Assembly: GCF_009834535.1 (NCBI RefSeq)
Contig: NC_045698.1
Span: 6,636,001 to 6,700,000 of the forward strand
Length of the DNA: 64,000 bases
Direction of reading: 5' to 3'
From: Camelus ferus
Taxonomy: Eukaryota
Shown here: positions 50,066-62,245 of the stretch, piece after piece
Layout: each line of letters opens with the position of its first letter
Position numbering within the stretch: position 1 is the first letter of the stretch
The notes under the pieces: model-generated
The model's input: only the letters and a program-made list of their open reading frames with translations
Databases searched by the model: none
Told to the model about the DNA's origin: nothing
Position numbers and translations under genes: made by a program

Positions 50066-50953
50066 AAAAGATAAGGCAATTAGTGAGAAAGTGATTTGAT
50101 TTACATAGTTAGTAAAACAGTATTTAAAATCTATTAAATGCTAAAGAAATCTGTCCTTTACTTAGATAAAACTGGAATTAATGCTTCCAAGTAAGAGGAA
50201 AATGAAATAGAAAATGGCACATAAGAGAACTGTGTAACTGCCAAGCTGAGCCCCTACAAAGGACAATATGATCTGAATAGAAGGACTGAATAAAGCACAT
50301 TGGCAACAGTGAGTGCTTTTAAATGTTTAAATGTCACTGCATTTCTAGAGCCTTACCTTATCCTGGTCCCGTGAGAGACGAAAGCTCCTATACTATCATC
50401 TCCCTTAGAAGAAAGTGGTTTCAATTTCTAAATGAGAAGCTTAACCATGCCCATGGATCCCATAAAAATGCAGAACTGTAAACGTTTACAAAGTTGGAAA
50501 CCTTCACAATGTATTTTTCAAATCTTAGCTATAATTGCAACCACTGTATATAGTATAAAACTGTTTATAAAAGCTCAGAAATCAAAGCCATTAAATACAA
50601 TCTAAGTGTCCCTAATATCATACAAATGGTTAAAAAGATAAAAAGAGGGACCAAAGGGAAGGTGACATGAGTTGTTTCAGCAGTGAATTATCAATTACCA
50701 GAGATGGTTACGGCACCATAATTATCTCCTGGGTGAACTCCGTCTTATCAGCAGCTGGTCTGGAAGAAGCGTCCCCCAGGCATAGAATCAACAAATGTTC
50801 ATCAGGCATCAAAAGCAACTCTCCACTCTAGGTCGAAAGCAGGTCACTCAGGACCAATCCAAGAGGCAGAAAAGTCTCTGAAGACTGGGGGCAGCCCAAC
50901 CACCAGGATGCGGGCAAGGTGCCAGACACTCTGCACCAATCCCTTACAGACGG

Positions 50954-51081
50954 TGTACTGGGCTGAACAGTGGAATCGTGCCTCCACAAAGTCCATGTCC
51001 TCCTGGAACTTCAGAAGGTTATGTAACTTGGAAATAAGATTTTTGCAGACATAATGAGATACATTAAGATGAGATCTTTCT
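50954..51081 (+). mobile_element. MaLR LTR (MLT1B/C-like), 5' part
   Basis: gggctgaa...ggaacttcagaa...ttggaaataagatttttgcagac...ttaagatgag; continues at 51796. Confidence 0.75.
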
Positions 51082-51217
51082 GGGGGTGGGTATAGCTCAG
51101 GGGTAGAGTGCATGCTTAGCATGCATGAGGTTCTGGATTCAATCCCCAGTACCTCTGTTAAAATAAGTAAGTAAGTAAATAAATAAATAGCCTAATTACC
51201 CTCCCAGAAAAAAAAAA
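51082..51217 (+). mobile_element. tRNA-Ala(AGC)-derived SINE (camelid Vic-1-like)
   Basis: A-box tagctcaggggtag, anticodon loop cttagcat, B-box-like gattcaatcc, AT-rich middle, cctaattaccctccc, poly-A. Confidence 0.9.
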
Positions 51218-51795
51218 TTAGCAGCACTATTTACAATTACTAAGTATGGAAGCAACCTAAGTGTCCATCAATAGATGAATGGGTAAAGAAGTTGTATATA
51301 TATATATATACACACACATATATATACATATATATATATATATACAATGGATATTATTCACCATAAAAATGAAGTTTTGCCATTTTCAACACTGTGGATG
51401 GACTGAGTGAAATAAGTCAGACAGAGAAAGCTAAATACTATATGATACCACTTGTTTATGGAATCTAAAAAATAAAACAAGTGAATGCATATGCAAAACA
51501 GAAACAGACTCAGATGCAGAAAACAAACCAGGGAAGGGGCAAGGAAAGGGGGAGGGTCAACTTAGTGGTGTAGAGTTAAGCGATACAAACAATATATAAA
51601 GCAGGTAAGCAACAAGGTTATATTCTACAGAATAGAGAATTATAGCTGTTATTTTGTAATTACTTTTAATGGAGTATAATCTATAAAAATACTGAATCAC
51701 TATGTTGTACATCTGAAACTAATATTATATTGTGAATCAACCATTCTTCAATTTTAAAAAATAGCGTGAATGTGTGGCAAAAATAAATAAAAAAA
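51218..51795 (+). mobile_element. L1 3' end, 5'-truncated, containing a (TA)n microsatellite
   Basis: tagcagcactatttacaat...ggaagcaacctaagtgtccatcaatagatgaatgg...gtgaaataagtcagacagagaaag...A-rich tail. Confidence 0.9.
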
Positions 51796-52133
51796 TAAGA
51801 TGAAGTCTCTCTGGATTAGAGTGGACCCTAATCCAATTGATGACCTTATAAGAAAAGACATAGAGGTATGCACAGGGCAAATGCCACATGCGACTGTGGA
51901 AAAAGCCTGGAGTGATGTGTCTATGAGCCAAGGAACACCAGGGACTACAGGCAACCACAGCCAGGAAGCCAGGAAGGGGCCTGGACCAGATTTTCCCTCA
52001 CAACCTCAGAAGGAACCAACTCTGCTGACTGGCACCTTGGTCTTGACTTCTGGCCTCCCAGAGTGTGAGAAAACAAATTTCCATTGCTGTAAGCCACCAT
52101 ATGTGTGTTCGGTAGCCTCTAGAAAACATACAC
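51796..52133 (+). mobile_element. MaLR LTR (MLT1B/C-like), 3' part
   Basis: ctggattagagtggaccctaatccaa...gccaaggaacacca...caccttggtcttgacttctggcctcccagagtgtgagaaaacaaattt. Confidence 0.85.
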
Positions 52134-52576
52134 AGACAGCAACTACAACTACAACGAGAATTATGAAAATCCCCTTGGTCGTAGTACAAAGACTTAGCAA
52201 ATTTCAGCCACTACTAACATAAACAGTGTTTAGGGTAACCAAGAGAATATTTAATAAACTATAACTTGTCTTCCAGTGAAGCAATTTGGGGTTTAGGGTC
52301 TGCACTTCAATCATGAACTAAGCATATACTTGTTGCATGACCAAAATACTTCAGGCTTTGACTTGGACACCATGGGAGACTAGAAACAAGCTAAACAAAC
52401 AAACAAAAAGAAAAGACCGAGAGAGATTCAGATGTATCTGGAGAACAAAGGAGACACATTCTAATGATAATGAGATTTACAACAAAGTACACCATATATA
52501 AGCTTGAATCACTTGAAAATGCCAACAGTTGACTTTTTCTTGAACTACAAAAATAGCTATTCCATATGGCTTAAGC

Positions 52577-52794
52577 CAGGGGTCGAAACTGGAGCCCATG
52601 GACCAAATGTGAACCACAGCCTGTTTATGTACATAAAGCTTTATTGGCACACAGCCACACCCACTCTTTTGCATGCTGCCAATAGCTGCTTTCATGCTAC
52701 AACAGTACAATTAGGTCACGGTAGGGATCATGAGGACTTCAAAGCCTAAAATATTTAACAATTGGCCCTTTATGAGCAAACTTTGTCAAGCTTG
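52577..52794 (+). mobile_element. MER58A hAT-Charlie MITE
   Basis: caggggtcg...taaagctttattggcacacagccacaccca...aaagcctaaaatattta...tggccctttat. Confidence 0.85.
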
Positions 52795-54149
52795 CTTTAA
52801 CCTAAGAGTTACATCAAATGACAGGCAAGGGCAACAGAATTTCAGGAGCAGAAGAGGTGAGTGAAGTGTTTCCAGAGCCCAGATTTGAGCTGGGGCTTGA
52901 GAAAGAGTTGGATTTTGAACCGGAAGGGAAAGGACTCTTCAGGGGATGGCAACAGGTGATAATGACCATGCTGGCTCTCAGGACCCAAATGCAAGGGGCA
53001 CCCCAGCCACTTGGACATACAAAAATACCCCCACCACTTGCTTCCAGGCACTGTCTCTGCTGAGCCCAGTGGGGGAACCTGGAACCAGAATGAGAAAAGT
53101 TTGGTACAGTTTTCAGAGACGTCAAAATTCCCTGAACACCGGACAGAGAAACAGTATATTTTTCTTTAAAACACAAATCAACAGAGGGGCGGGACAAAGG
53201 TATAATAGATTTTTTTATGTTAGGGAGATAAGTTCTATAGATGCGAAATGACTGAATCTACAGCCAAAATTGTATTATATGAAATATCTATCCTCATGGC
53301 TCTCTATAGGGTTATATCATGAAGAATAACTATTCCAATGTTTGCAGTAATTACATTTTAAAGACTTAAGGGGTGTTTCAGATAATTGGGATCCCCTTTG
53401 AGGTTATCAAATCAAAAAGGAACAAAAAGGAGCATTTCTTCCTCATTAATAAGCCACACCTTTTCATCTGCTATAAAGCTTGTGTTTGTATTGTACACAG
53501 AGTTGTAAAGTTCTTGCTACCAAATGCTTCCCAAAGATATAAAAATGCTGAAAGCAAGAGGGAAATTTGCCTGAGTCAGGACAGCCCTCCTCTTTTCCAA
53601 AAGCACATTGAAACCTGGTGGTAACAGACATTTAAGGTTTAGGATTCAGCTAGAAAGCCAAGTGGGATGCGTGTATGTAAAGCCAACAAGTAAATAGATG
53701 TTAGCGTGTTCATATGTCTGAAATTAAATATATCTGAAACCACATTTATGAGGACCGTCCAGGGTAAAATAGTTTACTGATTTTATCAAAACTCATTCCC
53801 AGCACACACAGGTGCCTTTAATTACATAAATCAGCCCTCCGCTGCCCGTGAAGACTTCAGCTTACAAAATAAGAATTAGACAGCTTGGAAAGACTGATGT
53901 ACAACACAATTGCCCCTGATTGTCTACTGCAAATGCTGCCAGCCCTTAGCTACCTTCCAGAGGTGACTTCCTCCCTGAGAGCCATCAGTGACTGAAGGTC
54001 CGAGAGGCCCTGGGCAGCGGGTCTTGAGATGCCAGTTCAGGTCCCTGGCTCCATCCCAGTAGAGCGGGGCGATGAAAGGGCAGGACTCAGGTCCTGTGTC
54101 AGCACACGGTCATGTTTCTGGTCACATGATCTGATTCACCCCTACTGTT

Positions 54150-54580
54150 TTATGTGGCTCTATGTAAGCTTCATGTGACTACACAAATACCAGGACAATC
54201 CCGTGCCATGCAAGGATGGCAGTGACCTCCTCAAGATAATCTAAGAAGCTGGGGAGGGAAACACAGGGCAGAGTTTGGAGCCAGGTTGAGTCACAGTCAG
54301 CTCAGCTGTCATCTCCAGGCCTGCTGGGCTGGGAGGAGAAAGTTTTCCTGAGAGCTGTGTGGAGGCCCCTGCTGGGCCCTGGGGCCCGGGCTGGAAGGGT
54401 GCGGCCAGCCCACGGAAACCTCTCGGGGCACGAGCCCTCCTTGCCCACCTTCTCCAGGGCTCCCATGGGGAAGTCAGCCAAAAGCGGACGCTGGCCAGCC
54501 TCTGAGGCAGCCCGTGCAGGTGAATCCCCGCCAGAGCCGGGATCTGCAGGAGCCAACAGAAAACCCCCAGAACCAAAGGA
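54150..54580 (-). mobile_element. ERVL-type LTR fragment (LTR33-like)
   Basis: Reverse strand resembles recalled LTR33 text (ccatgggagccctggagaagg, ctccacacagctctc, caggcctggagatgacagc); highly diverged. Confidence 0.4.
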
Positions 54581-54859
54581 AAAGACATCACCAACCCTCC
54601 GTTCATTTGTCAATAGACACTTGCTTTTATGTCGAGTTAAGCAACCACCTCCATTCCAACCATTTTTACTTTTAGCAAATTCCACTTTTTCCTCCCACCT
54701 TCATTCCTCCGTGTTGTGGGGGCATTCCGTGCAGGTGACCTAAGACAGAGGCTGAGCCAAGAGCCTTGTGCAACAGAGAAACACGTTACCCGTGACCTGC
54801 TAAGAGAATTTCTATTCGTGGAATCGTCACAGCAGTAATACTGCCAACCTCGAGTGCTC

Positions 54860-55030
54860 ACCACAGAGCAGGCAGTTCTCAAGCATCAACAGTCTCTGTT
54901 CACAAACCCTCTCTGAGGCAGGAACAACTCGTCATTTTAGAACTGAGGACAGTGAGACACAGAGGGACTGGGTATGTTCCTCAAGTTCTCAGGGACCCTA
55001 CATGGTAGAACTGAGCCACAAACCCAGCCA
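54860..55030 (-). mobile_element. MIR SINE
   Basis: cacaaaccctctctgaggcagg...cattttagaactgaggacagtgagacacagaggg. Confidence 0.55.
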
Positions 55031-55379
55031 CCTCCATCCAAAACCCACTCTCATAACCACCACATCGATACTGCATTGTAACCAGAACAAAAAGGTCCAG
55101 AAGACCTTGATACTTAAAGAAACCCTGCAACTAATCTGCCCATGGAGTAAAGAAAATCTACTATAGTGAAAAGGATCACGCATTTTGTAATTTGTATGTT
55201 GGACACTGCAGGTGGTACTTTCTGAAGTAGCCAGGCACTGGCTTCCAGATCCTGTCTTTACAGAAATGAAGTTGAGTGTGATTGACTTAAGCAAGTGATC
55301 ACACATTTATTCTGTGGGTTCCTATGCACTGAGCACGAGGAATGGTGCACCAGATGTCACTTCTCCACATACAGCCCTT

Positions 55380-55844
55380 CGGCCCTTGACACAACCTCCC
55401 CCACAAACACAAGACCTCTGCAGTGTGCCTTGGCACCTGCCCACCAGTTAACACTCTGTTCCTCCAACCCCCTGAATCTGGGCAAGCCCTAGGACTGTCC
55501 TGACCAACAGAATACAGTGGAAATCCTTGGTTCGGGCATAGCCTTTAAATGGCCTGGCAACTTGGGTTTTCTGCCTCTTGAAACTCACCCCTTCATGTAA
55601 GAAGAGGGAGGCCACATGTCCAAGTGAAGCTATCCTCAACATCCAGCTCTGGGAAGTCTCTGATGGGGTAGCCCGCTGGCCCTGGCTGCCACGTGACCAC
55701 AGCTGCAGGAGAGACCCAAGGAGGACCATCCAGCCCAGCCCAGCCCAGCCTAGCCAAAGGACTGTGAGTGAGAATAACCAACTATTGGCCAAGACCACTA
55801 AATTTTGAGATTATCTGCTACACAGCAAATAGATCCTGAAAACA
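55380..55844 (+). mobile_element. MaLR LTR (MLT1G/H-like)
   Basis: cccctgaatctgggc...tgaccaacagaa...ggcctggcaactt...ccactaaattttgag...tgctacacagcaaatagatcctgaaaaca. Confidence 0.7.
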
Positions 55845-56046
55845 AATGAGTTTATCGATGTAGTGTATTTACTTTTCAGAAGAGTAAAAGGATAAGAGGG
55901 CCCTGAGCTGAAAATAAGAGAACTACATTGTTTGCCTAAATTTCCAAATAGAAAAACAACCTAATCTGGGACCACGCAGCTACAGGGAATTTAGGAGGAA
56001 CCCAGCTCCAGAGGTCTGGAAAGCTTTTATGGTCTTTTCTTTTTTC

Positions 56047-56306
56047 TTTATACTGGAAGTTTGTACCTATGACCCTCTTCACCAATTTGCCCACCCAGCT
56101 CCCCCACCTCTGGCAACCACCAATCTGACCTCTGTATCTGAATTCTGGTGTTTTGTTTGTTTGTTTTGAAAATCCACATATAAGTGAATCATACCATATT
56201 TGTCTTTCTCTATCTGAATTATTTCACTTAGAATAATACGCTCAAGGTCCATCCATGCTGTTGTGAATGGCAGGATTTCCTTATCTTTAATGGCTGAAAA
56301 ATATTC

Positions 56307-56340
<34 letters not shown>

Positions 56341-57003
56341 ACCACATCTTCCTTATGTCTTCATCTATTAATGGACACTTAGGTTGTTTCCTTATCTTGG
56401 CTGCTGTAAATAACACTGCTATAAACATGGGGGTGCATATATCTTTTTGAATTAGAGTCTTCGTTTCCCTCAAATAAATACCCAGAAGTAGGATTACTGG
56501 ATCATGTGACGGTTCTATTTTAAATTTTTTGAAATACCTCCGTACTGTTTTCCACAGCAGCTGCACCAATTTACATTCCCACCAACAGCACACAGGGGTT
56601 CCCTTTTCTCCACATCCTTGCCAATGCTTGTTAGTTCTTGTCATTTTGATAATAGCCACTTTAACAGATGTGAGGTGTTATCTCCTTGTGATTTTGATTT
56701 GCATTTCCCTGATGATTAGTGATGTTGAGCATCTTTCCACACAGGCCCTCTACACGTCTTCCTTAGAAAAATGTCTACTCAGATCCTTTGCCCATTTTTA
56801 GGTTGGATTATTGGGTTTTTTGCTATTGAGTTGCATGAGTTCTTTATATATTCTGGATATTATCCCCTTATCAGATTTATGATTTGCAAATATATTTTCT
56901 CCCATTCCATAGGCTGCCTTTTCATTTCATTGACAGTTTCCTTTGCTGTGCAGATGCCTTTTAGTTTGATGTAGTCCTACTTGTTTATTTTCGCTTTTGT
57001 TGC
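56047..57003 (-). mobile_element. L1 ORF2 C-terminal region plus 3'UTR, containing (TG)n
   Basis: ORF 56228..56659 reads MAIIK...WQGCGEKGTPVCCWWECKLVQ...CTPMFIA, the L1 ORF2 Cys-rich domain with substituted zinc-knuckle residues; frameshifted at the (TG)n run near 56309-56338. Confidence 0.92.
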
Positions 57004-60000
57004 CATTAGATAGTTCGTAGGACATGGTGCTTACAGACCTGCAAAAGGTATCGATGCTTCTGGAAATTCTACAGAGAGAGGCAGAAGGGCAGCCCTTCCT
57101 GAGCTTTGAGACCTGTTGCAGCACGTATCCAGATGGTTCTGGCTATTACCAGAAGCCTTCCTTCCAGTTCTGAAAGCACAGCCAAGCTGTTAGCTGCATC
57201 ACGGTCTGAGGAAGCATCCAGGGATGGCGGCCAGGCCTTGGGTGTGGAGAGATGTCTGAGTCAGGTCGCCAGTCTTGCCTCCCATCCTTCCCACCTGTAT
57301 CATCGAAGCAAAAGTCCCTGCAGCCTTCTTTCTGGCTGCCAGGCTTGTCAGCACCTTTCTGAGAGGTCAGGATGCCACGTGGCCGGCAGGGGAGGCAGCC
57401 TGCCCCTTCCTGGGGCAGCTGAGCCCTCCCTCTCTCTCTGCCTGCTCCCCCACCAGCCGCCCGCCTCCTCCCGCCAGCTTCCAGATACAGCACCTCGGTC
57501 TCTATTTCTCGTTAAGCTACTGAACCACCACTAATAAACTTCAATTAAAACAGAAGAAAACACGCACGCTCATTAGGTCAGAAGCATTTCCGACTTTGAC
57601 CTACAGGCCTCTGCCAACATGATTAAGAGATCTACTGGACTGGAGCCAGAATGTTTCGTTCATGTTATAAATCAGTGACCTGCTTGCACTGGCCTCCTCT
57701 TGGTATTTCGAGCCTTATAAAAAAAATGCCGTAGGTTCGTTTGCAAAGTTGGCTTTCAGCTATTCATTCATTCTGTGTCAAGCTCTTCAGCAAGAAGCAG
57801 GTGGAGAATTGTGAAATGACAGCTCCTTTTGGCGACTGAGTGTACAGGTAAGGTCTCCTTCTGCTACTCCACCGCCCAGATTCTCACTGTTCATCCTTAC
57901 CCCAATAAGTGGAATCAGTCACCTGAATCTCAAGCACCACAAATCCCAAAAGGCGTCGGGTTCAAACAGACTCAGTATCATTTCCAAAAGGCTCAGTGGC
58001 CAGTGTGACCTCTGAGGAGAAGGCAAAAAGCAAAGGACCAGTGGGAAGGACAGAGAGAGGTTCTGGGGGCATCTTCTCAGAAGCCCCTCTTCTGTTCCTG
58101 ACCCTGCAACCCCCAGCCGCCTTCAAGCTGCCTGTTTCCAGAAACTATCTCACAAGCAAGTTGGCAGTTCTCTGCTGTGTTGGGTTATACCACGAAGAGA
58201 CCACGTGCTGAAAAAAAAAAATCGTGTTCACACAGGGCTGCAGGTGATGGGAGGGAGCTCAGACAATTCCATTTAGACTGAGAGCCACATTTTTTGTTTT
58301 GAGGTTTTCCCCAGGTTTTACGTTCTGATGGATACTTGTAACATGAACACCTTCATCCAAATTAAACATCCAAAAGGAAACAACACACGTAATTGATCAA
58401 CTCTTCAAGTCTCAAACAACATCCTGGGGGAAAAAAAAGAAAAAAGGGCTCCTTTATAATATTTTCTTCTTTATTTCCAAAACATTTGCCAACACTGATC
58501 CTGAAACAAGGCGCTTCTCTTTCAGGTTTATATAAACGACAAAGGGAAGAAAACAGGATGGAGTGAATTCGTTCTCCTGGTTCACAGACACCTGTGCAGT
58601 GAGAAATGACGACTGGCCCGCACTGGCAGACAACCTGAGAAACGTAAATGGTCACTGGCACTCTGACGTCATGTAACCCACTGATCATGGCTCAACTCAG
58701 AGGACCGGAGCGTTTAGGAATCACGGAGGAAGAGAGAAATGGTTCTTCTCCAGAAGCACACAGTCTAACGGGATGGTGCCCAACAGGCTGGAATCCGTCT
58801 ATAAAGGAGTCTTCACATAAACCCAGATGCTACGCTTAGAGGCTGGGAGATCAGAGTGAGAGACGCACGGGAGGGGGCGGCTCCCGTCAGGTGCGCTGGG
58901 CAGGAGAGGGTCTGAAGCAGCTTAGTTATCAGACTGCTGCAGCGCCAACTCCCCTTTTCACATCCCGAGTCTCTCCTCTTTCAGGAAAGGTCGGCTTCCC
59001 TTCTTCATCCTGTGATTGCATTAGACACCGGAAATGATAGTCCTGCCATGAAGGTGGATTACGTGACTTTGTCTCTAAAAAACACCAAGAAATGTATCTC
59101 ACGTTTGGAGCCATTGACATAAACACCTTTATCCAACTCATACCATGAGCACCCAGCCCTGATGAGGAAGAGCTCTGAGCCAGCCCAGGGAGGTGACTGC
59201 AAACTTCTCTAAGACCCTGAAAAGGAAGGCTAATGAACTCTTCCACCTTCTTCTCAGTCATCCTGAAGCCATTTCTGGGCCCAGAGAACCACATCTGAGA
59301 ACAGGTATCCTTGCTTCCTGTGTTCTGATGGGTGCAGCTGTACATCCTGAGCTAAGGGTCCTCCCCAGAGCCCTGGACCAAGTACCAACCACGGATCTGT
59401 GCCACTGGGGCACCTTCCAAACCTCCTAGGCTCCCTTTAGTCCCAGCAAGGAGGAAAGCCTTGCCAGGGCATGAAGACAGGAGGAGCACTGTTCCAACTG
59501 CTTGCATCCCCTACTCACCCACCTGTCATCACGGCCACCCTGGCTCCAAGTTCTAGGGAATCCTCAAGGTCTGACTGTGCCTGAAGCATCATTCAGGTCC
59601 TGGAGGAACGAACACCAGAGAAAAATGGCATCCTTGCCAGGACAAGGAACAGCCAGCTGGAAACTCAGCACCGAGAGAGCAGAAACCATCTCTGTCCTCT
59701 ACACACTGTATTCCCAGGGCCCAGAGGAAGGTTCTGGTCAACACTTCTTGGTTGTCCAAATGCCATCCTTCACTTAGTGCTCCTCTGGATCTAGACTACA
59801 GTAAAAACAAATGGCCCACATTATAATGGAGCCCCTTAGGTTAGCCCCTCTTAAGAACATAATACATCACCATCTCTCTCTGAGGGTTTAGAAAAGGCTC
59901 TGGCTGCAGACAAAGAGAAGCACTGGACAGCCTCAACAGTGTCTCCCACATTCTGGAATTCTATGGAATAGTTACATCAATTAGAAGGCAGTCAGCAGTC

Positions 60001-62063
60001 AACAAACAAGACACTAAACTTTAATCAAGTTCATTTCCCTTCCTTCGAATCTAGCCCACCTCCCATCTGCCATGTCTATTTAAATGAAGACAACAGAAAG
60101 GGTTTGTCAGAATAAAGCTATTAAAAACTAGCCCATCCTCTGTCAACTGTGGATTACTTTACCAGCAAACTGAAACCCTTAGGGAAGGACAGAAATCAGT
60201 GAGCACTGCGAAGGACAGCTGTGAGCTGCTTGTGTGCTTAACAAGGAAGTGCTTCTCTAGACATCGGGAAATGTAAATATGATTCTTTCAAAGTGAACTG
60301 CTCATCTGTCTAGAGTGACTGGGGGCAACATGTGTAAGAAGAGTTCTTTTCAGGAGGGTAACTGTATCTCTCTTTTTTTCCACAAATGAAAGACCCCTGT
60401 GATCACGAAGCCTTTCCTGCCCTGGGGGTCCCGTCAGCTTCCCCTTTGACCTTCTTTTCATGTAAACAAAACAGGAAAGGAGAAAAATCTCGGCTGTTCT
60501 TTTTTATGCCCTACCAATAAAATAAAAATGTCCCCGTGAGGTATTGAACTGTCCTCATCACCAAGAGGCTGTCACCTTCCAAAAGGCTGAAAGTGCCCCC
60601 AATTCTACTCAGCACCCACTTTGCCTCGCATGTTAATTCCATAGCTTCTGACCTCTTAGCTCACGATGAGGTTATCCTTTTGTTTTCTCCAAAGAATGAT
60701 GCATTGTTTGACCAAAGCAATCAATCCTAGTGCTAGATTTAGGTTGACAATTCAAAGATGTTGAGCACGCCAATTGTCAGAGACCCTGACACTGTGGTGT
60801 CCAAGATCCCGTGACTAATTTTGGATCATTGGAAATCAGCCACCACAGGATACATTTGAACTCGTTAAAAATAGCCCAGCTACCCCCTTGGAACATTTCA
60901 ACTTACTGTGACAACCAAAGAACGTGCTTCTGGTTTCAAAACGGGCTAACTCCTCTGGAATGCAATAAAGGAGCAGAATTTCATGACAGAGAATTTTTCA
61001 GGTTGTCCATAAGGTTTTTAAAATAGATTTTTCTCTTCAGAACTAACAGTTAAATAATTTTAACAAGAATATTACAATAGAATTGAACACCTTCTCTCTA
61101 AGTATCAGCAAACCATGTTGCACAGGGCAGATCAATACAAAGCAAGTGTTAACTATGTTCAGAACACTCCCTGGGCTTCCACTCCACTTAAACGGGGAGC
61201 ATTTAATTAAATAAATCCAGTTAATCATCTGGAAGCAAATATGGGAAAAGGAAACAGCGAGCGACCTCCCAATTGCTCAGAAAAGCAAAGCATTTCAAAC
61301 ATGGACAGTTTACAAGTTCCACGTGTACCTCTAATTAAGTCTTCATATGAATTCCTTTAGCTTTCTACCAATTCTTAAAAGTCTAACGCCAAGGTCTTTT
61401 ATAGAAATACATCTACAAAATTGTTTTCTTCCCATACAGAGGAAAGACACAGGGATGGATATGGCTGACACTGAGGGCCTCCTTCACCAGGGCCTTTTAA
61501 AAAAAAATCTGACACAAGGTGTAATATATTTGGGTCACATGGCTGTTATCAGGCAAAATGGCTAATTGGCAGACATCAAAGTCCATCCCAACAGCGAGGT
61601 TTAAAAAGACAGGACGGCATCATCGAAAGATAAGGGTTCCGACACTCCTTCAAGCAGCAGCCTTCCCTGAAGTGCTTTTGACTTGTGTTCCTCAGTTGAC
61701 CCCCGCAGGCTTAATTAAACTGGGTGTTCCCTCAACAGCGCAATTAAAGAAGCTACAAAGGGCACGTGGTCCAGTGGGTCTCCCACATCATCCCCAGCCT
61801 GAGCTATGCACTAATTGTGCCCTTTGTCTGGGTCTCTGAATGATGATTTTGCCAAGCCTCCAGTCACGATTTTTATTCTTCCCATCAGCCCTGTCTCCAA
61901 CACCCCCCACGCAGGAAATCCAGACCCCAAGGCCAGTTCTTCTGGGATAGTACATTTCTAATCTAAACACAAAAATTAAAAGCCCATTGAAAGGCACTCA
62001 ATGGCAAGTCCAAACCTGCATTAAAGTCTGTGCACTTCCACCAGTAACTGAAGAGACTCTAAG

Positions 62064-62159
62064 AGGGGAGGGTATAGCTTAGTGGTAGTGTGTGCTTAGC
62101 ATGCACGAGGTCCTGGGTTCAATCCCCAGTACCTCTATTAAAATACATACATACATACA

Positions 62160-62193
<34 letters not shown>

Positions 62194-62245
62194 CATACAT
62201 ACAAACATAATTACCTCCCCACCAAAATAAATTTTTTTTAATTTA
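62064..62245 (+). mobile_element. tRNA-Ala(AGC)-derived SINE (Vic-1-like), near full length, with TSD
   Basis: ggggagggtatagcttagtggtag...cttagcatgcacgaggtcctgggttcaatcccc; TSD aagagactcta (62051-62061) and aaaagactcta (62246-62256). Confidence 0.9.
62144..62203. repeat. (TACA)n tetranucleotide microsatellite inside the SINE
   Basis: About 15 units with one TATA interruption. Confidence 0.95.

Noticed and set aside
51082..51160. Functional tRNA-Ala(AGC) gene (also at 62064 and 39545)
   Set aside because: The copies carry SINE tails or TSDs, altered stems or B-box, D-arm deletion or truncation; they are tRNA-derived SINEs.
56228..56659. 143-aa ORF as a cellular gene
   Set aside because: Decayed L1 ORF2 C-terminus, frameshifted at a (TG)n run, with substituted zinc-knuckle residues.
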